Below, one piece after another: positions 29,788 through 41,046 of a stretch of 64,000 nt of DNA. Under the pieces are notes generated by a model. The model did not search any database, was not told the DNA's origin, and was given only the letters and a program-made list of their open reading frames with translations. Source of the DNA: an uncultured Planctomycetota bacterium. GTDB lineage: Bacteria > Planctomycetota > PLA2 > JAEUHO01. Location: contig CAVVXN010000005.1 of the NCBI GenBank assembly GCA_963752285.1, positions 1,600,001 through 1,664,000 of the forward strand. Reading direction: 5' to 3'. Numbering within the stretch: position 1 is the first letter of the stretch; each line of letters opens with the position of its first letter. The position numbers were made by a program, and so were the translations under genes.

Positions 29788-32700
29788 ATGGCCGCGGAGG
29801 CGACGAGGGAACCGCAGGAGCCGGCGGAGACCGCGGCGGGGTCCGCACCGCGCGCGCCCGAGGCGGGCGGGACCGTCCGCCTCGACGTCGAGTACGACCC
29901 CTGCGTCAACTACGCCCTCCAACAGAACGCGGTCCCGGTCGTCCGGGGCGTGTGGATCGAGAACCTCTCCGACACGCCGATCGAGGACGTGGAGCTCACG
30001 ATCCGGGCCGAACCGGACCTCGCGTCGCCGGTCGTACGGCGGATCGACCGGATCCCCGGCCATCAGGGCCATCGACTCGCGAGCGTGGACCTCCCCCTCG
30101 GGCCGGCGCGGCTCGTGAACCAGATGGAGCGCGAGGCGGGCGAACTCGTGGTCGAGGTGCGGGCGAAGGGCGAGGTCGTCGCGACGACGCGCCGTCCCCT
30201 CGAGGTCCTCGCGTACGGGGAGTGGGCCGGGACGCGCTCGCTCCCCGAGATCCTCGCGGCCTTCGTGCTCCCGAACCATCCCGAGGTGGCGCGGATCCTC
30301 CTCCTCGCCCGGGAGCACCTGGGACGGGCCACGGGCAGCCCCGCGCTCGACGGGTACCAGTCGCACGACCCCGCGCGCGCCCGCGCGATCCTCGCCGCGA
30401 TCTACGCCGCCGTGTCCGGCCTCGAGATCACGTACGTGGCGCCGCCCGCGAGCTTCGAGCGCGAGGGGCAGAAGGTCCGCACGCCCGACCAGGTCGTCGA
30501 GGGCGGCCTCGGGACGTGTCTGGACCTCGCCCTCCTCGTCGCGGCCGCCCTGGAGCAGGCCGGGCTCTCGCCCCTCGTGGTCCTCTTCGAGGGCCACGCC
30601 CTCCCCGCCGTCTGGCTCGCGGACGACGCGTTCGTGGAGCCGATCGTGGACGACCCCACGCGGATCTCGAAGCGCGTCGCGCTGGGCGTGATCGAGGTCG
30701 TGGAGGCGACGGGCCTCGCGAACCGCCCCCCCGTGCCCTTCGAGGAGGCCGTGGCCCTCGCGCGGCGGCGCCTCGGATCGCCCGGGTCGTTCGCGTACGC
30801 GGTGGACGTCCGCGCGGCGAGGCGCCACAAGATCCGGCCGCTTCCCGTCCGGCTCGCCGACCCGACGTACGAGGCCGCGCCGGAGCTCCGTCCCGTCGTC
30901 CCCGCGCCGGACGCCCGGACGGGCGACGCGCGGTCCACCGCCCCCCCGGCGATCCCGTCGGCGACCGGGACCTCGCCCGGCGAAGGGGTGGAGGCGAACG
31001 CCGCGCCCGGGGGAGCCGCGGCGGAGGCCCTGCCGGTGGCGCCCCTCGTCGGCGCGGCGCGCGTCGAGCGCTGGAAGCGGAAGCTGCTCGACCTGACGCT
31101 TCGGAACCGGCTCCTGAACCACCGCGAGACGAAGACGGTCGTCCCCCTGCTCTGCCCGGACGTCGCGCGCTTCGAGGACCTGCTCTCGGCCGGGGAGACG
31201 TTCACGGTCCACCCGAGGACGCGCGAGCTCGACGGGCAAGATCCGCGCGACCCGGCGCTCTTCGCGAACCGGTCCGGCGAGGACCTCGTCCACTCGTTCC
31301 TCCTCGAGCAGATGGACCAGCGGATCCTCCGCGCGCCGCTCGACGACAAGGACCTCGACCGCCGCCTCGTCGAGATCTCGCGGACCGCGCGCACGAACCT
31401 CGAGGAGGGCGGCGCGAACACGCTCTACCTCGCGATCGGGTTCCTCCGGTGGTTCGAGACCCCGACGAGCACGACGGAGCGGCGCGCTCCGATCCTGCTC
31501 CTCCCGCTGGAGATCTCCCGGTCTTCGATGCTCGAACGGTTCCAATTTCGTCTCGCCGACGACGACCCGCGCATCAACGTAACGCTCCTCCAGAAGCTGA
31601 AGGTCGACTACGGCTTGGAGTCGGAGGGCTTCGACGAGCTCGAGACGGACGACTCGGGTCTCGACGTGCGGAGCATCCTCCAGCGCGTGCGCGCGCTCGT
31701 CCTGGCGCTCGACCGGTGGGACGTCGTCGAGGAGGTCGCGCTCGGGCACTTCTCGTTCACGAAGTACCTGATGTGGCTCGACCTCGAGAAGCGGAGCCAC
31801 GAGCTCGAGGAGAACGCGGTCGTCCGCCACCTGATCGAGTCGCCCACCGACCCGTGGCCGGTCGCGACCGATCTCCCGCGTCCCGAGGAGATCGACGAGC
31901 GCTGGAGCCCCGGATCGACGTTCTGCCCGCTCGACGCCGACAGCTCGCAGCTCTGCGCGGTCCACGCGGCCGCCGACGGCGCCACGTTCGTCCTCTGGGG
32001 ACCGCCGGGGACCGGCAAGTCCCAGACCATCACGAACGTGATCGCGCACGCCGTCGCGACGGGACGCCGCGTCCTCTTCGTATCGGAGAAGATGGCCGCG
32101 CTGAACGTCGTGAAGAAGCGCCTCGAACAGGTGGGGCTCGGGCCCTTCTGCCTCGAGCTCCACTCGAACAAGGCGCAGAAGTCGAAGGTGCTCGCCGAGA
32201 TCCAGGAGGCCCTCCACCTCACAGCGCCGGCGCCGGACGACGGCTGGGACCGGAAGGCGGAGCGGCTCCAGGGCCTCGCGAAGGACCTCGACCGCTACGC
32301 GGAGGTGCTCCACCGCCGCCGTCCGGCAGGGCTGAGCGCGTACCAGGCGATCGCCAGGCTCGTGGGCCTCGGGGACGCGCCCCTCGTCGCCCTCGACCTC
32401 GGCGACGACCCCGAGACGTTCGACGCGAAGCGCCTGGAGCAGCTCCGGGATCAGGTCCAGGCCTTTCGAACGGCGCTCGTCGAGGTGGCGCCGCCCGCCG
32501 AGCATCCCTGGCGCGGCGCGACGCTCGACGCCTGGGCGCCCGCGCTCACCGCGGACGCCGTGGCGCGGTTCCGCGAGGTGGCGCGTCGCGCGAGCGACCT
32601 CGACGCGGCGCTCGGGGCCCTCGCAACGCCCCTCGCCGTCGAGGGGAAGGCGCTCTCCCGCGCCGCGCTCCTGGCGACCGCCGACGTCGCGCGCCTCCTC

Positions 32701-35700
32701 CTCGACGCGCCGCCGGTCACGCGCGCGATCCTCGAGGCGTCCGACGCCGACGCGCTTCGCGCCGACGTGGACGCCTGGGCCGCGGCGGGGCGCGAGGAGC
32801 AGGCACTTTCCGCGGCGCTCCTCGAACGTTTCTCCCTGGGCGTGCTCGAGCTGGACCTCGACCGGCTTCGCGCACGGCTCGACCTCGCGCGGCGGTCGGG
32901 CTGGCCGGTCTCCTGGTTCCGGGCGCGGGCGCCGCGGCGCGCCCTCCGCGCGGTCGCGAAGGACCGTCTCGGCCGGACGGACGCGCTGTTGTCGGACGTG
33001 GACCGCGCGCTCCGCGTCCGGTCCCTCCGCCGGCTCCTCGACGGCGCCGCGGCGCGGGGGTCGGCGTGGTTCGGGAGTCAGTGGCAAGGCGCCGACACGT
33101 CGTGGGACGCGCTCGTTTCGGCGCGAGACTTCGCGCTCGCGCTCCAGAGGGCGACGCTCAGCGCGGCCGACGGCGACGTGCGCCGCCTCGCGTCGGTCCG
33201 GGAGCGCGCGGCGGCGCTCGCGACGGAGGGACAGGACCTCCTCTCGTCGGACGGCCCCCTCCGCGCCGCCCTTGAGGCCGCGGTCGGGGCGCACGACGCG
33301 CTCGCGGGGGCGATGGAGGCCGCGAAGGCGCTCCTCGTCCTCGACGAGGACGCGGCGTGGGGCGGGTCCGCCGAGTCGGGCGCGCTCGCGCGGATCGTGG
33401 CTCGCGCGGGCGCGGCCGCCGGGCGGCCCGAGGCGCTCCGCCCGTGGTGCACCTGGCGCCGTGTCGGCAACGAGGCCCAGAGGAGCGGTCTCGCTCCGCT
33501 CCTGGCGGCGGTCGAGGAGGGTGGGGTCCGGCCGGCCGCGGTCGAGCGCGCGTTCGAGCGCTCCTTCACCGAGTGGTGGATCGGCCGGGTCTTCCAGGCG
33601 GAGCCCCTGCTCCGGGCGTTCGACGGCCGCCAGCAGCAGGACCTCGTCCGCCGCTTCGGCGACCTGGACGTCGGCGTGACCTCGGAGAGCGGCGACGTGA
33701 TCCGGGCGCGCGTGGGCGCGCGGCTCCCGCGCGGGCAGCGCGAGATCTCGCCGAGCAGCACGTCGGAGATGGGCATCGTGCGGCGCGAGCTGATGAAGCA
33801 GCGCCGGCACATGCCGATCCGCCGCCTGCTCGAACGCGCGCCGAACGTCGTGTGCCGCCTCAAGCCCTGCCTGCTGATGAGCCCGCTCTCGGTCGCGCAG
33901 TACCTCTCGACCGACTTCCCGCGGTTCGACCTCGTCGTGTTCGACGAGGCCTCGCAGATCCCGACGCACGACGCGATCGGAGCGATCGCGCGCGGCGAGG
34001 CGCTGGTCGTGGTCGGCGACCCCAAGCAGCTCCCCCCCACCGCGTTCTTCGAGCGGACGGACGACGAGGAGGTGGACGAGGACGACGTCGAGGACCTCGA
34101 GAGCATCCTCGACGAGCTCATGGGCGCGCGGCTCCCGAGCCTGCGCCTCGGCTGGCACTACCGGAGCCGCCACGAGAGCCTGATCGCCTTCAGCAACCAC
34201 CAGTACTACGAGAACCGCCTCCTCACGTTCCCCTCCGCGCTCGCCACGGCGCCCGACCTCGGCGTCTCGCTGGTGAACGTCGAGGGCGTCTACGACCGCG
34301 GCGGGTCCCGCGCGAACCTCGCCGAGGCGAAGGCGGTGGTCGCGGAGATCGTGGCGCGTCTCACGGACCCGGAGCGCGCGCGCTACACGATCGGCGTCGT
34401 CACCTTCAGTCTCGCGCAGCAGACGCTCGTCGAAGACCTCCTCGACCAGGCGCGGCGCGAGAACCCGGCCCTCGAGCCGTATTTCACCGGAGGCGTCGAG
34501 GAGCCCGTGTTCGTGAAGAACCTGGAGAACGTCCAGGGCGACGAGCGCGACGTGATCCTCTTCTCGATCTGCTACGGCGCGGACGCGTCGGGCCGGGTCG
34601 CGCTCAACTTCGGGCCGCTGAACCGCGACGGCGGCGAGCGGCGATTGAACGTCGCGATCACCCGAGCGCGCCGCGAGGTGAAGGTCTACGCCTCGATCCG
34701 CGCCGACCAGATCGACCTCGCGCGGACCCGCGCGGTCGGGATGCGACACCTGAAGGAGTTCCTCGACTACGCCGCGCGCGGACCGGCGGCGCTCGGCCAG
34801 GCGCTCGTCGTGGCGGGCGACGCGGAGGCGGAGTCGCCCCTCGAGGAGGACGTGAAGCGCGCGATCGAGGCCGCCGGCTTCGAGGTCGTGTCGCAGGTCG
34901 GGTGCTCGGGCTACCGGATCGACCTCGGCGTGAAGGACCCGGACGCGCCGGGGCGCTTCCTCCTCGGGGTCGAGTGCGACGGCGCCATGTACCACAGCGC
35001 GAAGACCGCGCGCGACCGCGACCGGCTCCGGGCGAGCGTGCTGCGCGGTCTCGGCTGGGTGCTCCACCGCGTGTGGTCCACGGACTGGTGGCAGGACCCG
35101 AAGCGCGAGACGAAGCGCGTCCTCGACCGTCTCCAGGAGCTCCGCCGGGCGCCCCGAGGGCCCCCCCCGCCGCCCGTGCCCCCGCGCCCGCGCCGCCGCC
35201 GCCCCCGCCCACGCCCACGGCGCGGGCCGGGGACGCTGGCGAAGACGTCCTGCCCGACGGGGCCCGGGCCGACGCGCCCGCGGCGTCCGGTCCTCGCGGG
35301 GGCTCCGCGGACGCGGCCGGGCCCCTCGTTCCCGGCGCGACGAGGTACGAGGCGCACGAGCCGAACGTGTCCTCGAGCGATCCCGAGGTCTTCTACCTGC
35401 CCCGCACGACGTCTCACGTTCGACGCGTGCTCGAGCAGGTGTTGCGGCAGGAGGCGCCCATCTCCCTCTCGCTCCTCGGGCGGCGCGTGGCGACGGCCTG
35501 GGGGCTCAAGCGCCTCACGAACCGAGCGAAGGAGCGCGTCGAGGAGGTGCTCGTCCGCGTGCCCCACCGCACGACCGCCGCATCCTGGGAGACGTTCGTG
35601 TGGCGCGACGACCAGGACCCGTCGGGCTATCGGGGCGTTCGCGTGCCGGGGCCGAAGGAGGACGACCGTCGGGAGCCCGAAGAGATCTCGCCCCAGGAGA

Positions 35701-35945
35701 TCGCGAACGCCGCGGCGTTGATCCTCCGCGACCAGATCAGCATGCCGCCCGACGACCTGTCGCGCGAGACCGCGCGGATGCTCGGATTCCAGCGCATGGG
35801 CTCGGCGGTGAAGCCCGTGATGGAGGCGGGGCTCTCGACGCTCGTTCGGGACGGCCGCGCGGTCCAGGACGGCGAAGCCCTCGTCGCGAACGACGACCCC
35901 CCGGCGACCGACGGCCCCGGACGGGATCTTGCGCCGCCGACGTAG
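29788..35945 (+). CDS. DUF4011 - SF1 helicase - Vsr/MTES-like nuclease - DUF3320 protein (Hhe-like defence protein), frameshifted near 35160
   Basis: WKRKLLDLTLRNRLLN (DUF4011), GPPGTGKSQTI, FDEASQ, GDPKQLPP, HYRS, ENVQGDERD, RRLNVAITRAR, IDLGV..GVECDG..YHS..RDRDRLR; the C-terminal EAPI...EISPQEI region is in another frame after C8 at 35161-35168. Confidence 0.88.
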
Positions 35946-36026
35946 CGTGGTCGTCGCCGCCCGCCCGAGGCGTCGCCTCGGCGCGCGCGTTCTCGTCGAT
36001 CCTCGGCGGCGCCGGCGCCCTCGCCG

Positions 36027-36716
36027 CTACGCCACCTCGTACACGTAGACGAGCGCGAGGTAGATCCCGGTGCCAACGAACACGAGCCCCGTCGCGAGGC
36101 GCGCCCACCTCGCCACGACGGTCGTGCGCCGAAGCGCCAGGCCGAGCGAGCGTGCGCCGAGGGACACTGCGAGCGCGAAGAGCACCACGGGGACCGCGGT
36201 GCCGACGCCGAACACCATCGGGAGCCAGACGCCCGAGCCCTGCCGGACGGCCAGCGGCACGAGGCCGAGGAAGAAGAGACCGGCCGAGACGGGGCAGAAC
36301 GAGAGCGCGAAGAGAACCCCGAGCGGCGCCGCGCCCGCGACGCCGGCGGAGGCGAGGCGCTCGCCGAGGCGCGCGCCGAGGCGCGTGCCCGGGCCGGCGA
36401 AGCGAAGGAGGTCCAGGAGGAGCAACCCGACCAGGATCAGCATCGGTCCGAGGGCCTGGTTCACGTACCGTTCGAGGAGTCGGGAGAGCCCGGCGGTCCC
36501 GACGAGGCTCTCGACGAGCAGGACGCCGAGGGCGACGTAGGCGAGCGCGCGGCCCGCGGCGTAGAGGAGGCCCGCGAAGAGGACGCGCCGAGGGCTCTCG
36601 ACGCTCCGCGCCACGTACGAGACCGCGGCGACGTTCGTCGCGAGCGGGCAGGGGCTGATCGACGTCAGGATCCCGAGCCAGAGGGCCGAGCCGATCGCGG
36701 CGAGAAGTGCCTCCAC
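36027..36716 (-). CDS. ArsG-like / CcdA-DsbD_2 family membrane protein
   Basis: LGILTSISPCPLATN and LSFCPVSA Cys motifs in TM helices. Confidence 0.85.
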   Translation of the reverse strand: MEALLAAIGSALWLGILTSISPCPLATNVAAVSYVARSVESPRRVLFAGLLYAAGRALAYVALGVLLVESLVGTAGLSRLLERYVNQALGPMLILVGLLLLDLLRFAGPGTRLGARLGERLASAGVAGAAPLGVLFALSFCPVSAGLFFLGLVPLAVRQGSGVWLPMVFGVGTAVPVVLFALAVSLGARSLGLALRRTTVVARWARLATGLVFVGTGIYLALVYVYEVA

Positions 36717-36721
36717 CGGCG

Positions 36722-37231
36722 CTACTCCCGGTCGTCCGCGTCGTGCCAGGGCCCGATCACCATCTCGACCTCCGACTCGAGGTAGTCGAAGAAGCCCGGC
36801 CGGTCGTCGGCGAGGTCCCACGTCCGTCCGAGGACGGAGGCGTCCTTCTCCTTCCCGTCCTCGAGCTCGACGAGCACCAGGGAGCTCCGCACCAGGTCGT
36901 AGCGGAGCGCGGCGTCCCGGTTCCAGGCGTCGTCCATGTTCTCGACGTCCCACTCGACGGTCCCCGCGGCGAGCGCACGGGGGAACCGCGCCTCGAGGGC
37001 CTCGCGGGCCCACGCCTCGATCCGGTTGCAGGCGGCGCAGCGTTTCGTCGCGTGGTAGTAGCGGACGACGAGCTGGTGGTGCGGGGCCGTCTCGGAGGCG
37101 CGCGCCGTCGCGCCGGGCGCCGGCTGCTCGGCGGCGCGCCGTTGGCCGACCTCCTTCCCCACCGCGTACCCGGAGGTGAAGACGACGAAGGCGACGAGCC
37201 CCTTCGTGACGAGCCCACGGAGCGTCGTCAC
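36722..37231 (-). CDS. ArsF-like exported thioredoxin-fold protein
   Basis: N-terminal anchor, YYHATKRCAAC motif. Confidence 0.8.
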   Translation of the reverse strand: MTTLRGLVTKGLVAFVVFTSGYAVGKEVGQRRAAEQPAPGATARASETAPHHQLVVRYYHATKRCAACNRIEAWAREALEARFPRALAAGTVEWDVENMDDAWNRDAALRYDLVRSSLVLVELEDGKEKDASVLGRTWDLADDRPGFFDYLESEVEMVIGPWHDADDRE

Positions 37232-37482
37232 GGGGACGTCCTCTCCGTGGCGGCGAGCAGCTCCTCGACGTACCTGGCGTTCGCGGCCTTCCCGACGAGG
37301 AGCACCTTGCCGTCCACGACCAGCGCCGGCGTCGTGATCACGCCGAGCGCGATCATCGCCTCGATGTCGGTCACCTTCTCGAGCGTGAAGTCGAGGCCGA
37401 GGGCCTCCGCCGCCTGCCGGGCGTTCTCGGCCAGGCGGTTGCACTTCGCACAGCCCGGGCCATACACCTGGATCTTCCGCAT
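37228..37482 (-). CDS. Small redox-active disulfide protein (MTH895/ArsE-like thioredoxin)
   Basis: KIQVYGPGCAKC, TPALVVDGKV; GTGA overlap with the next gene. Confidence 0.9.
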   Translation of the reverse strand: MRKIQVYGPGCAKCNRLAENARQAAEALGLDFTLEKVTDIEAMIALGVITTPALVVDGKVLLVGKAANARYVEELLAATERTSP

Positions 37483-37505
37483 CGTTCTTCCTCTCGGGGG
37501 TTCGC

Positions 37506-38819
37506 TCATCCGGCGACGGCCCCGTACACGAGGCCGGTCACGGTGGCCATCACGACGACGAGAAGCGAAAAGACCGTGGTCTTCCGCCAGCCCATCACCT
37601 TCCCGATGACGAGAAGGTTGGGGAGCGAGAGCGCGGGCCCGGCGAGGAGGAGGGCAAGGGCCGGTCCCTCCGCCATCCCATGGTGGCGCAGCGCCTCGAC
37701 GATCGGGATCTCGGTCAGGGTCGCGAAGTAGAAGAGCGCCCCGACCACGGACGCCGTGAGGTTCGAGAACAGGCCGTTGTCCCCGACCCACGACCCGATC
37801 CCCTGGTCGGGGAGCAGGGCCGAGAGGAACCCCACCACGAACACGCCCCCGAAGAGCAGGGGGACCAAAAGCTTCGCGAACCCCCACGTGTTCGCCATCC
37901 ACTCGCGGCGCTCGTCCCCGTCCATCCAGAACCGCGTCATGAGCAGGACCGCGAGGCCCATGAGGCCCGCGAGGTACCACCGCATGTGCCACACACCCAT
38001 CACCCAGCCGCGGGAGGTCTCGATCGTGCCGATTTCGTCCTTTGCGATCGTCAGCCGCTCCCCCGCGGCGAGGTCGCCCGAGCGCTCCGCGAGCTGGACC
38101 GTGACGTCGCCCGCAGTCTCCTGCAGGACGACGCCCGCGACCTCGCGACCGTCGGTGAGGTGGATTCGCGCGTCGCCGGGGTTGTACCAGTCGCTGAACA
38201 CGAGGAACGCGACCATCGCGGCGAGGAGCAACGTGGTCTTCCGAAGCGACCTCGTCGGGGCCGCGCCCTCCGCGATCGGCACGGGGGTGGTACCGAGGCG
38301 GGCCGCCTCTTCGCGCCGGAACACGAACGCCATGGCGAGCCCGATCACGATGGCGAACCCGATCGCGCCGACCGCGCGGGCGACGCCGAGGTCCACGCCC
38401 AGCACACGGGCGGTCAGGAAGACGGCCAACACGTTGATCGCCGGTCCGGAGTAGAGGAACGCGCTGGCCGGGCCGAGTCCGGCGCCGAGGCGGTAGATGC
38501 CTGCGAACATGGGCAGGACGCTGCACGAGCAGACGGCGAGGATCCCGCCCGAGACCGCGGCCACCGGGTACGCGACGCGCTTCTTCGAGCGAGGGCCGAG
38601 GTGCTTCATCACGGCGGAGGGCGTCAGGAAGGTCGTGATCGCGCCCGCGATGAAGATCGCGGGGACGACGCACGCCAGCGTGTGGTTCCGCGCGTACCAC
38701 TGGAGGAGCCGGAACGCCTCCTGGATCGCGTTCCGGACCCGCGGGTCCGAGAGGGGCAGCGCGTACGCGACCCCGAAGACGCCCAGCATCGCAAGCAGGA
38801 TCCGGAGCTCTCGGCGCAT
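37506..38819 (-). CDS. arsP: ArsP/DUF318 permease
   Basis: AVCSCSVLPMFAG, FLYSGPAIN, YFATLTEIP, LLAGPALSLP motifs. Confidence 0.88.
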   Translation of the reverse strand: MRRELRILLAMLGVFGVAYALPLSDPRVRNAIQEAFRLLQWYARNHTLACVVPAIFIAGAITTFLTPSAVMKHLGPRSKKRVAYPVAAVSGGILAVCSCSVLPMFAGIYRLGAGLGPASAFLYSGPAINVLAVFLTARVLGVDLGVARAVGAIGFAIVIGLAMAFVFRREEAARLGTTPVPIAEGAAPTRSLRKTTLLLAAMVAFLVFSDWYNPGDARIHLTDGREVAGVVLQETAGDVTVQLAERSGDLAAGERLTIAKDEIGTIETSRGWVMGVWHMRWYLAGLMGLAVLLMTRFWMDGDERREWMANTWGFAKLLVPLLFGGVFVVGFLSALLPDQGIGSWVGDNGLFSNLTASVVGALFYFATLTEIPIVEALRHHGMAEGPALALLLAGPALSLPNLLVIGKVMGWRKTTVFSLLVVVMATVTGLVYGAVAG

Positions 38820-38850
38820 GGGTGGATTCCGAGGGGGAGGAGGGGGCGAC

Positions 38851-39177
38851 TCAGCAGCGACAGCTCGGAGACGCTGCGGAGGCCCGCTTGGGGTCGAGCA
38901 CCCCCTCGATGCACTCGAAGAACCCGAGCACACAGGGGGTGAGGAGCCGGTACACCTGCTGCTGGCCACGTCGCTCCGAGGCGACGATGCCCGCGTGCTT
39001 GAGCGTCGCGAGGTGCCGCGAGACCGTGGAGATGTCGTCGCCGACGATGGCCGTCAGGTCGCAGACGCAGCGGTCCCCGCGGGCCAGCTCCTCCACGAGG
39101 CAGAGACGGGTCGGGTGCGCCATCGCCTTGATGACGGTGGCCCGGGCTTCGAGACGGCGGCGCGTGCGGACGTTCAT
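38851..39177 (-). CDS. arsR: ArsR/SmtB family metalloregulator
   Basis: KAMAHPTRL, CVCDL, TVSRHLATLK, C-terminal Cys residues. Confidence 0.92.
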   Translation of the reverse strand: MNVRTRRRLEARATVIKAMAHPTRLCLVEELARGDRCVCDLTAIVGDDISTVSRHLATLKHAGIVASERRGQQQVYRLLTPCVLGFFECIEGVLDPKRASAASPSCRC

Positions 39178-39193
39178 GGTGGGCTCCGGACCT

Positions 39194-39226
39194 AAGTATT
39201 GCGTATTTGGCCAAACTTACAAATAA
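39194..39226 (-). promoter_or_regulatory. Putative arsR promoter/operator
   Basis: AT-rich patch with inverted repeat TATTTG-N10-CAAATA (contains TTTGGCCAAA) overlapping TTGTAA/AATACT-like hexamers just upstream of arsR. Confidence 0.6.
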
Positions 39227-39799
39227 AGACCGAGCGCGACCCGGGTCGGGGCGATGGGAGCGTTCCCTGGCGCAACGCGCCCCGGAAGAAGCGGGCCTCC
39301 CGGCGGGTTCGGGAGAGGACCGCCACGGAGAACCCGCCGCAGGACCCCTCGCGCCCCGGTGGGCCCAGGTGCACGCCTGAGGGTCCCACGTGCACACCCG
39401 GAGCGACTCGTCGGGCGAGGGGGTCGTGCGGGGGTGCCGTCACACCATCGCGACCGAGGGGGAGGGCCGGGTGTACACGGAGCGCTACGACCGCGGCACC
39501 CACGCCGGCCCTGCCAGGCCATGACCACGCGCATCGGGGGTGGGTTCGGGAAGCGGATGCAGATCGTTCGGAACGCGGCCTCCCACATCGAGACCACCGC
39601 CACACGGCATCACGAGGATGGGCCCGGCCGGCCCAGCGCGGCGTACCGAGGGTCCAGCGTGAAGTCGAGGTACGCGGGACTCCCCTCGACCAGCTCGATC
39701 TTCCCCTCGATGTCCGCGTGCCTTGGGGCGTGAAAGATCGAGCCAGGGATTCGGAGGGTGTAGAGGCCCGCCGGCAGTCCGACGGAATCGAACTCAGTC

Positions 39800-39998
39800 G
39801 CAGCTGAGCGCCGCGGGCCGGCGCGCCGTCTCCCAGATCGCCGCCTGGGTGTCGGGGCGACGCGGCTACGCGGTGCTGTTCGTGCCGGCCTTCAAGCCGG
39901 TGGAGGACCTCCTGGCAGCCAAGCGCGATCTCGCGCCGGAGCGGGAGATCCGGCGACTGGACGAGTTTGACGTGGTGATCGTGGACGACATCGGCTAC
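39800..39998 (+). mobile_element. IS21-family IstB ATPase remnant
   Basis: GYAVLFVPAFKPVEDLLAAKRDL..EREIRRLDEFDVVIVDDIGY (Walker B region), truncated on both sides. Confidence 0.75.
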
Positions 39999-40560
39999 GG
40001 CCCACCGCGAAGGTCGCGCAGTCGCACGACAGAGCGCACGAGCCCGGCATCTTGCAGCGCCGTGAGTACGTCCTCGATCGTACACGGCGGGTTCCCAAGC
40101 GCCGCCGCCTGCTCCCTCAGGACCTGCGCGACGAGAGGCGGGCCTCTTCGATGCGCTCCAGGATGAAGTCGTCCGGGTGCTGTGCCTCGACGCCGTGCGC
40201 AGCCAGTACGGCCGACGGGAAGTCCTTCACGTTCGATGTCACGATGATCTGTGCACGCCCTCGGATCACCGCCGCGAGAACATGACGGTCGTCCGCGTCG
40301 GGGAGTTCCACGTCCTGGATGAGATCCTCGAAGTCGGTGATCTCCCAGTCGGGAATCGCCGCCTTCATCAGCTCGCGGGTTCGGTCGAGCGCGTCCGGCG
40401 CGAGGTCCGGACGTCGAGCGAGGATGCTCGCGAAGCACTCTTCCATGATCCGCTCCGACCACCGGGCGCGCACCATGCCCGCGAGATCGAGCCGGATCAA
40501 CAGGTCGCGCAGCGGCGCAGGATGAAGGACGCATGCGTCGAGGACCACGACGAGCGGCAC
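39995..40560 (-). CDS. PIN-domain toxin (VapC/PIN_3-like), frameshifted near 40140
   Basis: VVLDACVL, LPDADDRHVLAA, IVTSNVKDFP, HPDDF; C-terminus LREQAAALGNPP is in the adjacent frame. Confidence 0.85.
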
Positions 40561-40572
40561 GCGGACGCCCGA

Positions 40573-41025
40573 TCAGTACCCGAGGTCGTGCTTCTGCGCT
40601 TCGGCCGCCAGCTCGTCCAGCACGGCCTTGCGGCGCTTCTCCTCTTCCATGCGGAACCGCAGCACGTCGTCGGCTCGCACGCGGCGATGGGTGCCCACCT
40701 TACGAGACGGGATCTTCCCCTCCTCCAGGAGTTGGACCAGGTGCGGACGCGACACATTCAGCAGATCCGCGGCCTGCTGCGTGGTGAGCTCCGCGTGGAT
40801 CGGAACCAGGGTCACGCCGTTCCCGTTCGCCATCTGGCCGAGGATGGCCATGAGCATCTGGAAGGCCTCGAGCGGCACGTCCACGGTGATGGGCTTGTCC
40901 ACTCCCTCCGGCCGTAGGCGCACGATGCGCCCCCGCGACCGCGGGAGATCGGACAGGGCGCGCAGGGCCTCCCGCGCGCGCTCCGTCAGGGCCTTCGAGG
41001 GCATCTTGAGTTCGAGCGCGCTCAT
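40573..41025 (-). CDS. Excisionase-like HTH_17 antitoxin
   Basis: ELTTQQAADLLNVSRPHLVQLLEEGKIP..KVGTHRRV; immediately upstream of the PIN gene. Confidence 0.9.
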   Translation of the reverse strand: MSALELKMPSKALTERAREALRALSDLPRSRGRIVRLRPEGVDKPITVDVPLEAFQMLMAILGQMANGNGVTLVPIHAELTTQQAADLLNVSRPHLVQLLEEGKIPSRKVGTHRRVRADDVLRFRMEEEKRRKAVLDELAAEAQKHDLGY

Positions 41026-41046
41026 GGGAGGGAGTCTACCACCAAA

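Noticed and set aside
28914..35067. Very long alternative ORFs (28954..35067 -, 28914..33275 +) and similar Arg/Pro-rich ORFs across the window
   Set aside because: Stop-poor shadow frames expected at this GC content; they overlap genes with clear motifs.
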